Of a stretch of DNA of 64,000 bases, positions 43,869 to 54,022 are shown piece after piece; position 1 is the first letter of the stretch, and every line of letters begins with the position of its first letter. Below the pieces are notes generated by a model that was not told the origin of the DNA, ran no database searches, and worked only from the letters and a program-made list of their open reading frames with translations. Source of the DNA: an uncultured Acidobacteriaceae bacterium (lineage in GTDB: Bacteria > Acidobacteriota > Terriglobia > Terriglobales > Acidobacteriaceae); NCBI GenBank assembly GCA_963789245.1, contig CAWBKE010000014.1, positions 69,381 to 133,380 of the forward strand. The letters are read 5' to 3'. Position numbers and translations under genes: made by a program.

Positions 43869-44531
43869 ATGATGACGAAGCGTTCCGTTTCAATCGCCGC
43901 CCTTGTCGCCCTGGTTGTCTGCTCGGCGGCCCTCACCCAAGCTCAGCAGGAGTATCCAAAGGTTGAAGTATTCGGAGGGTATTCCCTGGAGTATCTTGGG
44001 CTCCCCGATAACGAGCTGAATCAACTAAAGATGGGCCTTGAAGACCTGGGTGCAACCAGCTTTTCCTCATCGAAGTGGCTGAAGGCGGGGGTTACAGGCT
44101 CATTTACCTACAATGTCGCCAAGTCCTTGGGCATCGAGGCGGATGCTCGCTGGAATCGCGGCACCATTATCAATACCAACATTGCGGGCGTTGCCGCGAG
44201 TGCAAGGTTCACGGATGTTCCGGTTCTGTTTGGTCCTCGCTTTGCGTTCCGAGGCAGTAACGCCGTCACCCCATTTGTCCACGTGCTGTTTGGATTAGAC
44301 CACGCCTCAATTAGCGGCACCGGCTCTGCCGGTGGGCAAAAGGTCTCGGTCGGCGGGCCCAGCAGCAACGGCTTTGGGCTGGCAGCCGGTGGCGGACTCG
44401 ACGTGAAGGTGAGCAAGGTCCTCGCCATTCGCGTGATCCAGGCCGACTATTATTATTCGCGCCCCTATTCCACAAACCTTAACAATTTTGACCTCGCCTT
44501 TGGCGCCGTCTTTCGCTTTGGCGGCCAGTAG
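43869..44531 (+). CDS. Outer-membrane beta-barrel protein (OmpA-like/OMP_b-brl family)
   Basis: Signal peptide ending AQQ, alternating beta-strand pattern, and a C-terminal AFGAVFRFGGQ with a terminal aromatic-type motif. SD aaaggagga is present. Confidence 0.75.
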   Translation: MMTKRSVSIAALVALVVCSAALTQAQQEYPKVEVFGGYSLEYLGLPDNELNQLKMGLEDLGATSFSSSKWLKAGVTGSFTYNVAKSLGIEADARWNRGTIINTNIAGVAASARFTDVPVLFGPRFAFRGSNAVTPFVHVLFGLDHASISGTGSAGGQKVSVGGPSSNGFGLAAGGGLDVKVSKVLAIRVIQADYYYSRPYSTNLNNFDLAFGAVFRFGGQ

Positions 44532-44639
44532 CGAGCAGGTAGTTTGCGTCCTAGTACCAGCTGAGCTCTCGGAAGCGTTCTCGACGATCCAGCGAGGCAG
44601 AAAGAGACTATTAGCTTGGAACCATGAAAGGAGCAGCTC

Positions 44640-45095
44640 ATGCGTTTTGTTTGGGCGATTGCCGCAGTAGCGATTCTCTTGATTCCGTCGTCGGCCCATG
44701 CGCAGGATTCCGCAAGGTCCCATGCCGATGAGGTGCGGGTCAACGTCTATCGCTACAAACAGTATCTGGGCAGTGGTCTACGGCCGTCGATTTACGTCGA
44801 TGAGAGAGACGTGGCGCGGCTGCAAAATGGACGCTATGTAGTTTTGGCGTTGCAGCCGGGCAAACACTCGTTCAGGTCCAATGATAAGCAGTCGCAGATT
44901 GAGTTAGACGGAAAAGCAGGACAGGAGTATTACATCCGAATCGACATCGCAACGGGATATTGGAAAGGTCATGGCCGCCTCACCCTGGTTCAACCCGAGC
45001 AGGGGGTGGGCGAGATCAAGGAGATGAAGCCGGTAGATGGCGGGATGATTAAAGACCGCGAGTTTCTCGCAGCCGATTTCGTGCCGGCTAAGTGA
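44640..45095 (+). CDS. Hypothetical secreted protein (DUF2846-like)
   Basis: Signal peptide. VYRYKQYLGSGLRPSIYVDERDVARLQNGRYVVLALQPGKHSF resembles DUF2846. The family call is weak. Confidence 0.55.
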   Translation: MRFVWAIAAVAILLIPSSAHAQDSARSHADEVRVNVYRYKQYLGSGLRPSIYVDERDVARLQNGRYVVLALQPGKHSFRSNDKQSQIELDGKAGQEYYIRIDIATGYWKGHGRLTLVQPEQGVGEIKEMKPVDGGMIKDREFLAADFVPAK

Positions 45096-45149
45096 GAACA
45101 ACCTGTGCTCGATCGCCGTTCGCCTGTTCAAGTGACGGCGACCGGACCT

Positions 45150-45236
45150 ACGTCGCTTTACAACTTTACGGGCGGCAGCGACGGAGGAAATCCAATTAGT
45201 AACGTGTCAATGGACACCAGCTGCGCCAAAACCTAA
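45150..45236 (+). pseudogene. Remnant of a GloVer-repeat gene 3' end
   Basis: Translates to TSLYNFTGGSDGGNPISNVSMDTSCAKT-stop. At DNA level it is highly similar to about 47660-47745 (LHDFTGGDDGGNPISNVSFDTSGK). There is no start codon or N-terminal part. Confidence 0.55.
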
Positions 45237-45324
45237 CCGTACTCCCAGAAAGTGGAACAGCGTGGTTAGAAGAAAACAACTCCGGGGAACCCGAACACAT
45301 TTTCCAGAAAGGTGGAACTTACAA

Positions 45325-45801
45325 ATGAAGAGAATTATTTCTATTTCCCTCATGATCCTCGCGACATTCAGCTTCAGCTTCGCGGACGACGTGGCTTTTC
45401 GCGGCGTGAAGGTGGCCGACGCAAAAGGGAAACAGGCGGATGCCAGCCTGATCTTCAGTGACACCAACAAGGACATCGTCGTGCGGGTCGCCGACCGTGA
45501 CTTCGTGACCATCCCCGATGACCAGCTCGACAAGTTCTCTTACGAGTACACCAAGAAGCACCGCGTCACCGAGGGCGCCATCGTGATGGTGGCATCGTTG
45601 GGGGCTGGCGCCATCGTCATGCTGACCAAGTCCAAGAGCCATTGGCTCTATATCGATTACCACGACCAGAACGTCCCCAAGACATTGGTTCTTCGCATGG
45701 AGAAGGGCGAGTACAAGAAGATTATCGCAGCGGTGCAAACCCATACCGGCAAGGAAGTGCAGTTCATGGGCGACGCCGGCAAGAAGACGAAGAAAGCATA
45801 A
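45325..45801 (+). CDS. Hypothetical secreted/membrane protein
   Basis: Signal peptide MKRIISISLMILATFSFSFA and one internal hydrophobic segment (AIVMVASLGAGAIVML). No family recognised. Confidence 0.6.
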   Translation: MKRIISISLMILATFSFSFADDVAFRGVKVADAKGKQADASLIFSDTNKDIVVRVADRDFVTIPDDQLDKFSYEYTKKHRVTEGAIVMVASLGAGAIVMLTKSKSHWLYIDYHDQNVPKTLVLRMEKGEYKKIIAAVQTHTGKEVQFMGDAGKKTKKA

Positions 45802-45928
45802 GCAACAAAGCCAGCGGCAATCACCGGCAACGCTCCCAAGGTCACGGGTGAAGCTCGCTCCCGCCTGGACAGTGAGTCCGTCGCGGCAGCGGTGGAACTA
45901 GCCCTCAACGTTCGAAAGGAGAATGACA

Positions 45929-47802
45929 ATGAGCAGCTACGAACAACATCGGATCCGGATGAGCGAAATCAACCACGGAAGGAGCAGCACGGCTGTCATC
46001 GTTTCTTCGTTTTTGGCCATGCTGTTTTTCCTTACGATGACAGCGAACAGTTGTTGGGCACAGAGTTACGACCCGGCGGCCGCCTTTGAACAGGGGTTCA
46101 TCAATCAAACAAACCCCAACGGCGTGTGGTCCTACGGTTGGTCGACCAGCTTTACGACTCCAATTACGCTCTATGATCAGACAGCGCAACCCGGCATTAA
46201 CGGACCGGATGCACAGTACTGGATATCCTCGACGATTAACTACGGCGAATCGCCCTCCGCGGAGTACAACGATGGCCCCGCCTATGATGACGGAAATATT
46301 GATTTCCTTCCAGACGAGTTCTTGCTCGTAAGCGGGATTGCCGGGGAATATTCTAACCTCGTCTTTACCGCTCCCAGCGACGGCATGTATTCGATAACCG
46401 GTAATTGGCGGGGTTGCCAGTACGGGATCGGAGTTGTGGTGGGCATTGTGGTCAATGGCAACGTCATCTTCAGCTCAACAGTGTCACAGGAAGGCCAAGT
46501 CGTACCTTTCGGTACCGTGCTTAACCTGACCGCTGGCCAGACGGTGATCTTTTCCGTCGGCCCGAACGGTGGATTGCAGAACACCGGCCTCGCATTAACC
46601 ATTACTAATCAGACCGGTAGTTTTAGCGTCCTTCACAACTTCACCGGTGAATCGGACGGCGCTAACCCCACCGCTGGCTTGACCGCAAACATGGCCGGGA
46701 ATGTGTTGTATGGCACAGCGCTTAATGGTGGTCACGGATATGGAACGGTCTACCAGCTAAAGCAACGCGGATCCGGATGGCTCTTTAATCCCCTCTACAG
46801 CTTTGCCGGGGGGAATGACGGTGCTGGCCCCGGCTTCAATGGCGGAGCGCTAACCATCGGGCCGAATGGAAGCATCTACGGAACAACGAACGGAGGGGGG
46901 AACAGCAACTGTGATGGCGGCGGCGCTCCGTACCCGGGCTGCGGAACCGTCTTTAACGTGCATCCCCCAGCGACGGTTTGTATTACGGCACTCTGCCCCT
47001 GGGATAACACCGTGCTTTACCGCTTCAGCGGAGGCCCCAGCGACGGCTATAACCCTGAGGGCGCTTTGCTCTTCAGTTCAGGCAACATCTATGGCACGAC
47101 AATATACGGCGGCACCTACGGCCCCGGAACTCTCTTTGAGCTGACGCCCTCGGGCAGCGGCTGGACGGAAAGCGTCCTTTACAACTTTGACGCCGCTGGG
47201 CAGTACCCAGTTAGCGGCGTCATCATGGATAACTCCGGCAACGTCTATGGCACAACCTATGGGGCGGCTCGGATGGGGTGGGCACGGCCTTTCAACTGGC
47301 GCCCTCCAACGGCGGACTGACGGAGAATACGCTCTGGAGTTTTCAGGATGGAAATGATGGAGGTCTGCCCGTCGGTGCCGGTCTGTTGTTCGACTCGTCC
47401 CGCAACCTATACGGCGCTGCGCCTGCCGCCGGTGCAGCGGGCGGCGGCACGGTATTCGAATTGTCGCCCCTCGGCAGTTGGAACATGCTCACCCCACTCT
47501 ACAGCTTTTCGGGAGCCTCAGAGAACGGAAACGGGTGCGGACCGTGGGGCCCGCTTGCGATGAACGCAGGTAGTCTCTATGGCACAACGTATTGCGACGG
47601 CGCCTATGGGTACGGCAACGTCTTCGAGCTGACACCCTCCGGCAATACTTGGATCTACAGCGACCTTCACGACTTTACTGGCGGCGACGACGGGGGAAAT
47701 CCGATTAGTAACGTGTCATTCGACACTAGCGGCAAGCTCTACGGCACCGCCTCTGCTGGCGGCACACAGAACGTCGGTGTTGTCTGGGAGATTACGCCGT
47801 AA
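45929..47802 (+). pseudogene. Choice-of-anchor/GloVer tandem-repeat secreted protein, frame broken at G-run 47261-47264
   Basis: Repeats of the G.(L/I)YGTT..GG....GTVF.L type. Frame A ends GNVYGTTYG. The -1 frame continues GGSDGVGTAFQLAPSNGGLTE through to stop 47802. A GGGGG to GGGG change explains the break. Confidence 0.75.
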
Positions 47803-47833
47803 GGTGGTTTGCCCATGAGTTGCGGATTGTGTG

Positions 47834-47865
47834 CTTCACGATGGGCTCCGAAGCCCATCGTGAAG
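47834..47865 (+). terminator. Perfect 14-bp-stem hairpin downstream of the GloVer gene, between convergent genes
   Basis: cttcacgatgggct-ccga-agcccatcgtgaag, read directly. The following T tract is weak (ttcgcatt). Confidence 0.5.
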
Positions 47866-48034
47866 TTCGCATTCGCCCCTGGAATCTTCAGCCACAGCAC
47901 ATCAGGTTGGATTCTGATGTCTTCTTCCCACCTCGGCTCCGCACTCCCCAGCATGTATGGAACACGCCCGGTACTACTTGCGATTCGCAGCGATTTCGAG
48001 ACTTACGCCAGCCTCCCAAAATACCCGTCGCTTC

Positions 48035-49696
48035 TTATCGAACGCAGCTGGTTACGAGGCGCTTCGGCCCGCCCTCCCGGATGTGCTCTGGGCACTCGGC
48101 AACCATCAGCTTGAAGTTCTCGATGAAGCGGGCCGCGAGGGCGTCGTACTTGTTGAAATACTCTTCCCGGCTGGGCCAGGTATTTGCCGGATCGAGAATC
48201 TGCGCCGGCACGCCGTCGCATTCGACAGGCACTTCGAAGCCGAAAACCGGGTCTTTCCTGTACTCGACCTGCAGCAAAGAACCGCTCAGCGCCGCATTCA
48301 ATAAAGCGCGGGTGTGCCGGATGCTGATGCGCTTGCCGATTCCAAATGGCCCGCCCGTCCAGCCGGTGTTTACCAGCCACACGTTGGCCCCATGCTTCTT
48401 GATCTTGTCCCTTAGCAACTCCGCATACGCAAGCGGATGATGCACCATGAAGGGCCCGCCAAAACATGTGCTGAAAGTAATTTCCGGTTCCGTGCCCAGG
48501 CCGATTTCAGTGCCTGCGATCTTGCTGGTGTAGCCGGAAATGAAGTGATAGATGGCCTGATCGGGACTCAGCTTCGAAATCGGAGGCATCACGCCCGAGG
48601 CGTCACAGGTCAGGAATATGACGTTCTTCGGATGCCCCGCCCGTTTTTCAGGCAGGCAGTTGGCGATATAAGAAAGCGGATAAGCGGCCCGTGTGTTCTC
48701 CGTTACGGTGTAGTCGTTCAAGTCGAGATGACGCGAGAGTGGGTCGAAGGTTACGTTCTCCAGCACGGTGCCGAACATCCGCGTGCACGCATAGATTTGG
48801 GGCTCGGCTTCCGGCGAGAGGTGAATGACCTTGGCATAACAGCCGTCTTCGAAGTTGAATACTCCGTTATCGCTCCAGCCGTGTTCGTCATCCCCTATCA
48901 GGCGGCGCTTGGGATCGGCGGAAAGCGTGGTCTTGCCCGTCCCTGAGAGCCCAAAGAAGATCGCAACGTCACCCTCATCGCCCACATTGGCCGAGCAGTG
49001 CATGGAGAGCACGCCTTGCAGCGGCAAGAGGAAGTTCAGCACCGTAAAAATGGTTTTCTTGATCTCGCCGGCGTAATTGGTACCTCCGATGATAGCCAGG
49101 CGCTCGCGGAAATTGATGATGATGAAGGTTTCCGTCCGTGTGCTATCCACCATCGGCGACGCCAGGAACGACGGCGCGGCGATCACCGTGAACTCCGGCA
49201 CGTGCCGTTGCAAGGCGTCGTGGCTATGGATCTTGGAAAACATGGTGCGCGCAAACAGGCTGTGCCATGCCTTTTGCGTGATGATGCGGATCGGGAGCCG
49301 GTACTCCTCGTCGGCACCCGCGTAGCAATCCTGCACAAATACGTCGCGACCCTGGAGGTATCCTTGCAGGCGTGCCAGCAGCGAACTGAAACTCTCGCTG
49401 GTAAACGGCCGGTTATAGGTCCCCCACCAGATCTTGTCTTCGGTGAATTGTTCGCGTACCACGAATTTGTCAGCCGCCGCCCGGGCGGTGTGTTTGCCGG
49501 TGTCGACCACCAGAGGCCCCAGGTGCGACAAGCTGCCTTCGGAGCGGAAAATGCTTTCCTCATACAGCGCCGGAGTCGGCAGATTCCAGTAGACCCGCCG
49601 GAGGTTCACCAGCCCATGGTTCTGCAAGCCATAGCTGCTGGCCAGCTTTCCGGCCTGCTTGACTGCGGGAGATTGGACATCGAGATAGATGTTCAT
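48035..49696 (-). CDS. pckA: Phosphoenolpyruvate carboxykinase (ATP)
   Basis: FFGLSGTGKTTLSADPKRRLIGDDEHGW (kinase-1a), and the NTGWTGG and RHTRALL blocks. The ATG overlaps the upstream TGA (ATGA). Confidence 0.93.
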   Translation of the reverse strand: MNIYLDVQSPAVKQAGKLASSYGLQNHGLVNLRRVYWNLPTPALYEESIFRSEGSLSHLGPLVVDTGKHTARAAADKFVVREQFTEDKIWWGTYNRPFTSESFSSLLARLQGYLQGRDVFVQDCYAGADEEYRLPIRIITQKAWHSLFARTMFSKIHSHDALQRHVPEFTVIAAPSFLASPMVDSTRTETFIIINFRERLAIIGGTNYAGEIKKTIFTVLNFLLPLQGVLSMHCSANVGDEGDVAIFFGLSGTGKTTLSADPKRRLIGDDEHGWSDNGVFNFEDGCYAKVIHLSPEAEPQIYACTRMFGTVLENVTFDPLSRHLDLNDYTVTENTRAAYPLSYIANCLPEKRAGHPKNVIFLTCDASGVMPPISKLSPDQAIYHFISGYTSKIAGTEIGLGTEPEITFSTCFGGPFMVHHPLAYAELLRDKIKKHGANVWLVNTGWTGGPFGIGKRISIRHTRALLNAALSGSLLQVEYRKDPVFGFEVPVECDGVPAQILDPANTWPSREEYFNKYDALAARFIENFKLMVAECPEHIREGGPKRLVTSCVR

Positions 49697-50910
49697 ACCC
49701 ACTCCCTCACCAGCTTGTGATCGCCTAAATACAGTTCATTCGGCGAGTTCGGATCCAGCGCCCACTTGATGCGATCCAGGCCCTCGGTGATGTCCTTCAT
49801 GGTTCCACAGTAGCTAAGGCGCAGATGCCCATCGAAGCCGAATTCTCTGCCCGGCACGGTGACCACGCGTACGGTGTCGAGCAGCATCTGGCTCAGCTTC
49901 TGCGAGTCCTTCATGTAAGCGCTGAAGTCGGGGAAGCAATAGAACGTTCCGTCAGGCACGTGCAGTTTCACGCCCTCGAAAGCCCGCAGGCGCTCCACCA
50001 TGACATTGCGATTATTTTCCAGCGTCACCCGTAGGCTCTCAATGGACGACTGCACGCCGTTGAGCGCGCCCACCGCCGCCCACTGTCCCGGCGAAGACGG
50101 CCCCGAAGTCTGCTGCGACTGAATGGTTGCCATGGCTTCGATCAAGTGTTTGTTGCCGATGGCCCAGCCGATGCGGAAACCCGTCATGGCATACATCTTC
50201 GAAACGCCATTGATCACCACCAGCTTCGATTCCTCGATCGGCTCCGTCATGAAGTCATAGCAAATCGGCGCACTCTTGCCGTCGAACACCAGCCGGTTGT
50301 AGATATCGTCCATGATGAGATAGAGACCTTTGCTCTCGCAAAACTCGACCATCTCCTGGACGAAGTCCTTCGAATACATCGCTCCGCAAGGATTATTGGG
50401 ACTATTCAGAATAATTGCCTTGGTATAGGAATTAACCATGCTGACGATCTCGTCTACGGTAGGGGTGAAGCTTCCATCCTCAGCCGTGACAGGAACAGGA
50501 ACACCACCAGCCAGCTTCACCATCTCTGGATAACTCACCCAGTACGGCGCCGGGAAGATCACTTCTTCCTTGGGGTCGAGGATGGCGTGAAGCAGTACCA
50601 TGAGCGCCTGCTTGGCGCCTCCCGAGGCGATCACATTTCCCGCCGACACAATCTTGCGGTAGTGCTCTTCCGTATAGCGAATGATGGCTTTCTTCAGCGC
50701 GGGAATTCCGTCGGGCGGCGTGTACCGGATTTCTCCCGTGTTCAGCAGCGACGAGCAGTTAATCACCGCATCCAGGGGGGCTTTGCTCTTGGGTTCGCCG
50801 CCTCCCAAATGAATGACCGGCTCTCCTTTTTCGCGGAGCAGAGCGGCCGTTTCGTTCAGTTTGAGAGTCGCCGACTCACGGATATCTCGAGCGAGCTGAC
50901 TAAGACTCAT
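49693..50910 (-). CDS. Class I pyridoxal-phosphate aminotransferase (aspartate/aromatic type)
   Basis: NSPNNPCGAMYS and SKMYAMTGFRIGW (PLP-lysine motif), about 400 aa. Confidence 0.88.
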   Translation of the reverse strand: MSLSQLARDIRESATLKLNETAALLREKGEPVIHLGGGEPKSKAPLDAVINCSSLLNTGEIRYTPPDGIPALKKAIIRYTEEHYRKIVSAGNVIASGGAKQALMVLLHAILDPKEEVIFPAPYWVSYPEMVKLAGGVPVPVTAEDGSFTPTVDEIVSMVNSYTKAIILNSPNNPCGAMYSKDFVQEMVEFCESKGLYLIMDDIYNRLVFDGKSAPICYDFMTEPIEESKLVVINGVSKMYAMTGFRIGWAIGNKHLIEAMATIQSQQTSGPSSPGQWAAVGALNGVQSSIESLRVTLENNRNVMVERLRAFEGVKLHVPDGTFYCFPDFSAYMKDSQKLSQMLLDTVRVVTVPGREFGFDGHLRLSYCGTMKDITEGLDRIKWALDPNSPNELYLGDHKLVREWV

Positions 50911-50989
50911 GACGCTTACCTACCCTCCTTATGCCTACTAAAATCCTGACATCTCACGGCGATCAGGGCACGGCCGATCCGTGTGCCTC

Positions 50990-51376
50990 TTAGCAGCGAT
51001 AGGGAACCTCGAAGCATTCCGCATCGGCTCTTTCAAGTTCTTCCTCCTTCACCATCGCCTCTTGGAACATCTCGTCAGATGGTACGGGGTAGTTGAGCCA
51101 GTCATAGAGGAAGACGCGTGACTGTTGCGCTGGCAAATCACGGACATCGCGGACGCACTCATCGCCTGGCCGCCCGGTAGCTGGGTCAATCACGATCACG
51201 TCTAGGGGCGGCAGAAGATGTTGCTTGCAGTAACAATGGATATACTGCAAGACGCTGCCGGCCGTTTCAGGAAACTCCATCATCTGCGACAGAAGCGAAT
51301 AGCTGACAACTTTCTGTTCCCCTGCTGCAAACGCCAGTACCGACCAAAATTGCTGCGCGCGCTGCTCCAGTCTCAT
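50990..51376 (-). CDS. Hypothetical protein
   Basis: An SD (ggaggg) precedes ATG 51374-51376. The N-terminal extension of listed ORF 50990-51481 is unsupported. No family confidently recognised. Confidence 0.5.
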   Translation of the reverse strand: MRLEQRAQQFWSVLAFAAGEQKVVSYSLLSQMMEFPETAGSVLQYIHCYCKQHLLPPLDVIVIDPATGRPGDECVRDVRDLPAQQSRVFLYDWLNYPVPSDEMFQEAMVKEEELERADAECFEVPYRC

Positions 51377-51621
51377 GAGGAGCCCTCCTCGTGCATCAGA
51401 AAATCGGATGTGAGTTGTCGGAGGCCCGCTCGCCGAGCTCGAGGGCTCCAACCAGAAGTTACAGGCTATGTCCGGCCACACCCCCTGTCAGTGAGCGTTA
51501 TCACCGAGGGGCGTGTCGCGGCAGGCCTATGCAATACACTTGTACCCTCAGTTCCTTCTGAGTTGGGTAAGCGGCCCGGGAGACCGGCCCAATTCCTAAG
51601 GAAACCGTGATTAAGTCATGG

Positions 51622-51650
51622 CTTTGAAGGGGACGGCCTTCAGGCCGTCC
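51622..51650. repeat. Single family-B REP hairpin unit
   Basis: ctttgaaggggacggccttcaggccgtcc is the same unit as 8432-8460. Confidence 0.7.
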
Positions 51651-51660
51651 GTATTTGCCC

Positions 51661-51889
51661 GATATTAAGCTGGGCTTTAGAGACTGTGTCGCGACTGACG
51701 AAGAAATTTGTGGGTGGAATAAACGCCGGAAATAGGGATCAAAACAGCCGCGCAGCGGCGCGATGGGTTTAGGCGTGGGCGTAAGCCCACGCTCGAAGTG
51801 GGAAGAAATGCCAGCCGCAGAGCGGCGACACCGGGCTGCGACACAGTCTCTTTAGCCCCTGAGGGAACTCCGGCCAGCTTAATCGGATC
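51661..51889. repeat. Approximately 230-bp element bounded by long imperfect inverted repeats (MITE-like or structured RNA)
   Basis: The left arm reads gatattaagctgggctttagagactgtgtcgc (51661-51692). The reverse complement of 51838-51889 reads gatccgattaagctgg[ccggagttccctcagg]ggctaaagagactgtgtcgc. A central hairpin gcgtgggc-gtaa-gcccacgc lies near 51773-51792. Confidence 0.6.
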
Positions 51890-51902
51890 TTTCCTAATCT
51901 GC

Positions 51903-53348
51903 ATGCGGCTTCGAAAACAAAGCGGACCTGCTGGAGAGCTCGACGGTCACATGACTCTGTGGGTCCTGGCGCTGACCCTGGGGGCAGCGGCCTTGCGTTT
52001 GTTCCACCTGGGGCTTAAGAGCTTCTGGGCCGACGAGGCCGTCAGCATCACCCTGGCCCAATATCGGTGGGCGGATTTCCGGTATTCCCTGACGCACAAC
52101 GAAGCCAATATGGCGCTGTATTACGTGCTTCTGCGCATCTGGAGCCAGATGAGCGACGGTCCCTGGTTTGTCAGGCTGCTCTCCGTGCTGGCTGGTGTCG
52201 CAACGGTTCCTGCCATCTATTTCGCCGGCAAGGCTCTGTTTTCGCGGCGGGTTGGAGTCATTGCAGCCTTGCTGCTTGGGTTGAACATCTTCCACATCAG
52301 ATATTCACAAGAGGCCCGAAGCTATAGCTTGGCCGTTCTGCTGGTGACGTGCTCCTCCCTGTTTTTTGTGCGGAACATCAAAAGCCAGGGGCGCGCAGCG
52401 GGAGTGTTGTATGTTCTGTCATCGGCGGCGGCGCTGTACGCACACTTTTTTGCTGCCCTGGTTTTGCTGGCGCAATTTGTCTCATGGATGTTACTACCGC
52501 CTCGGCTCCGCACCTGGAACTACGTACGCTACCTGATTGCAATCGCGGTCATTGGGCTTCCGCTATTGCTCTTCGTTGCGTTTCGCGGAGGGTCCCATCT
52601 CGACTGGCTATCCCATCCCACAACCAAGGACGTTTATCGCCTGTTCACCGATCTCAGCGGCAACGGCGTAATTCTTGTCATATTTATATTGTCCATTGCC
52701 CTGGCTACGCGAGAATCGTGGTTGCAGTGGAAGCATCATAGAGAATCCTCCGAGGCGTGGGCCTTCGTTTTCGTCGCCTTGTGGCTACTGCTTCCGGTTC
52801 TGGTAACGCTGGTTGTGTCACATTGGAAGCCGATTTTCTTCGCCCGCTTCCTGCTCGTCTGCCTGCCAGCTTCGCTGCTTCTGTTTGCCCAGGGTCTGGC
52901 TTTAATCCGCCCTAATTGGCTCAGGCTGGCGGCGCTAGTGGTTCTGGGGTGTGCTTCGCTGATTGGTCTGAGGAAGTTTTATCGGCAGCCTGGACAGGAA
53001 GACTGGAAGGGCGCGATCAGTTATCTCGCCCAAAATGCTCGTCCGGGCGATGGATTGATCTTTGCGAACCCGTATTGCCGTTTCCCGTTTGATTACAACC
53101 TGCGCATGTCGGGGACCCGGTTGCCACCCCTGCAGATGGATCCCGGTGGATCGGGTGCAGCCCGCGACTTCGCCCCGCGAGCTCAACACCTATGGGTCCT
53201 CTGCGGTAGTGAGGGTCTCGCGAAGGGAAGCGTCAGTCCAAGGGAAATGGCCGGGTTTTACTTAAAGCAGACGCAGCGCTTCCACGGAGCCAACATACAG
53301 GAGTTTGAACCGGTACCATTGCCGATCGACTCATCAAAGGCGCCTTGA
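51903..53348 (+). CDS. GT-C fold glycosyltransferase (GT39/PMT_2-like mannosyltransferase family)
   Basis: LGLKSFWADEAVSITLAQ is the first-loop DE motif. About 10 TM helices plus a C-terminal soluble domain. The start could be ATG 51903 or 51951. Confidence 0.7.
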   Translation: MRLRKQSGPAGELDGHMTLWVLALTLGAAALRLFHLGLKSFWADEAVSITLAQYRWADFRYSLTHNEANMALYYVLLRIWSQMSDGPWFVRLLSVLAGVATVPAIYFAGKALFSRRVGVIAALLLGLNIFHIRYSQEARSYSLAVLLVTCSSLFFVRNIKSQGRAAGVLYVLSSAAALYAHFFAALVLLAQFVSWMLLPPRLRTWNYVRYLIAIAVIGLPLLLFVAFRGGSHLDWLSHPTTKDVYRLFTDLSGNGVILVIFILSIALATRESWLQWKHHRESSEAWAFVFVALWLLLPVLVTLVVSHWKPIFFARFLLVCLPASLLLFAQGLALIRPNWLRLAALVVLGCASLIGLRKFYRQPGQEDWKGAISYLAQNARPGDGLIFANPYCRFPFDYNLRMSGTRLPPLQMDPGGSGAARDFAPRAQHLWVLCGSEGLAKGSVSPREMAGFYLKQTQRFHGANIQEFEPVPLPIDSSKAP

Positions 53349-53505
53349 ATTCGTCGTTCCCCAGGTCATTGAATGTCCATCGCCCAAACTCCCTTGCGGC
53401 TGCGGGACGTTAGATGGTAAACCTGTCTCCAACGGAATTCTGCCTGCAGCAGGTATTGATCCCGCAATCAGGCAGCAGCGAATCCTATCCAGATTTGAGG
53501 ATGCT

Positions 53506-53961
53506 ATGACGATACGCAAGTGGTTAGTGGCATCAGTAGCAGTTGCCAGCGTCGTATTCAGCGCCGTCGGCGCTCAGGCGCAATGGGTGATGGTGGCTCG
53601 GGCGGTCTCGGGACGTATCCAGCAGATGTCCAACAAGCCCGCGAACGGACCCGGCTACGATGTCGCCACCGTCGTCCTCGCAGCCAATGCCGATAAGGTC
53701 TATCAGACCGCGGTGAAGTCGTTGCAGTCTCACACCGACATAACCATCACCGGCAACGACGCGAAGAAACGGGAAGTGATGTTCGCCAAGGGTGCACAGG
53801 TAGCGAGCATGCAGGCCACTCCGCTCGGCGAGAAGCTGACCCAACTGGTGATTGCTTCCAACCTCACAGACACGCAGACCAGCTCGACTTCTCTGGTAGT
53901 GCAGGGAGTGCTGCACGTCTGCAAAGAGCTGAACGTCGTGTGCACGCTCGAGGGCCAGTGA
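53506..53961 (+). CDS. Hypothetical secreted protein
   Basis: Signal peptide MTIRKWLVASVAVASVVFSAVGAQAQ. The ATG is an internal Met of listed ORF 53305-53961. Confidence 0.6.
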   Translation: MTIRKWLVASVAVASVVFSAVGAQAQWVMVARAVSGRIQQMSNKPANGPGYDVATVVLAANADKVYQTAVKSLQSHTDITITGNDAKKREVMFAKGAQVASMQATPLGEKLTQLVIASNLTDTQTSSTSLVVQGVLHVCKELNVVCTLEGQ

Positions 53962-54022
53962 AGGCCGGCGGTCCGCGCGCCTTCACTTTCCATCACTCTG
54001 AAACCGGACAAAACTCCGTTGC

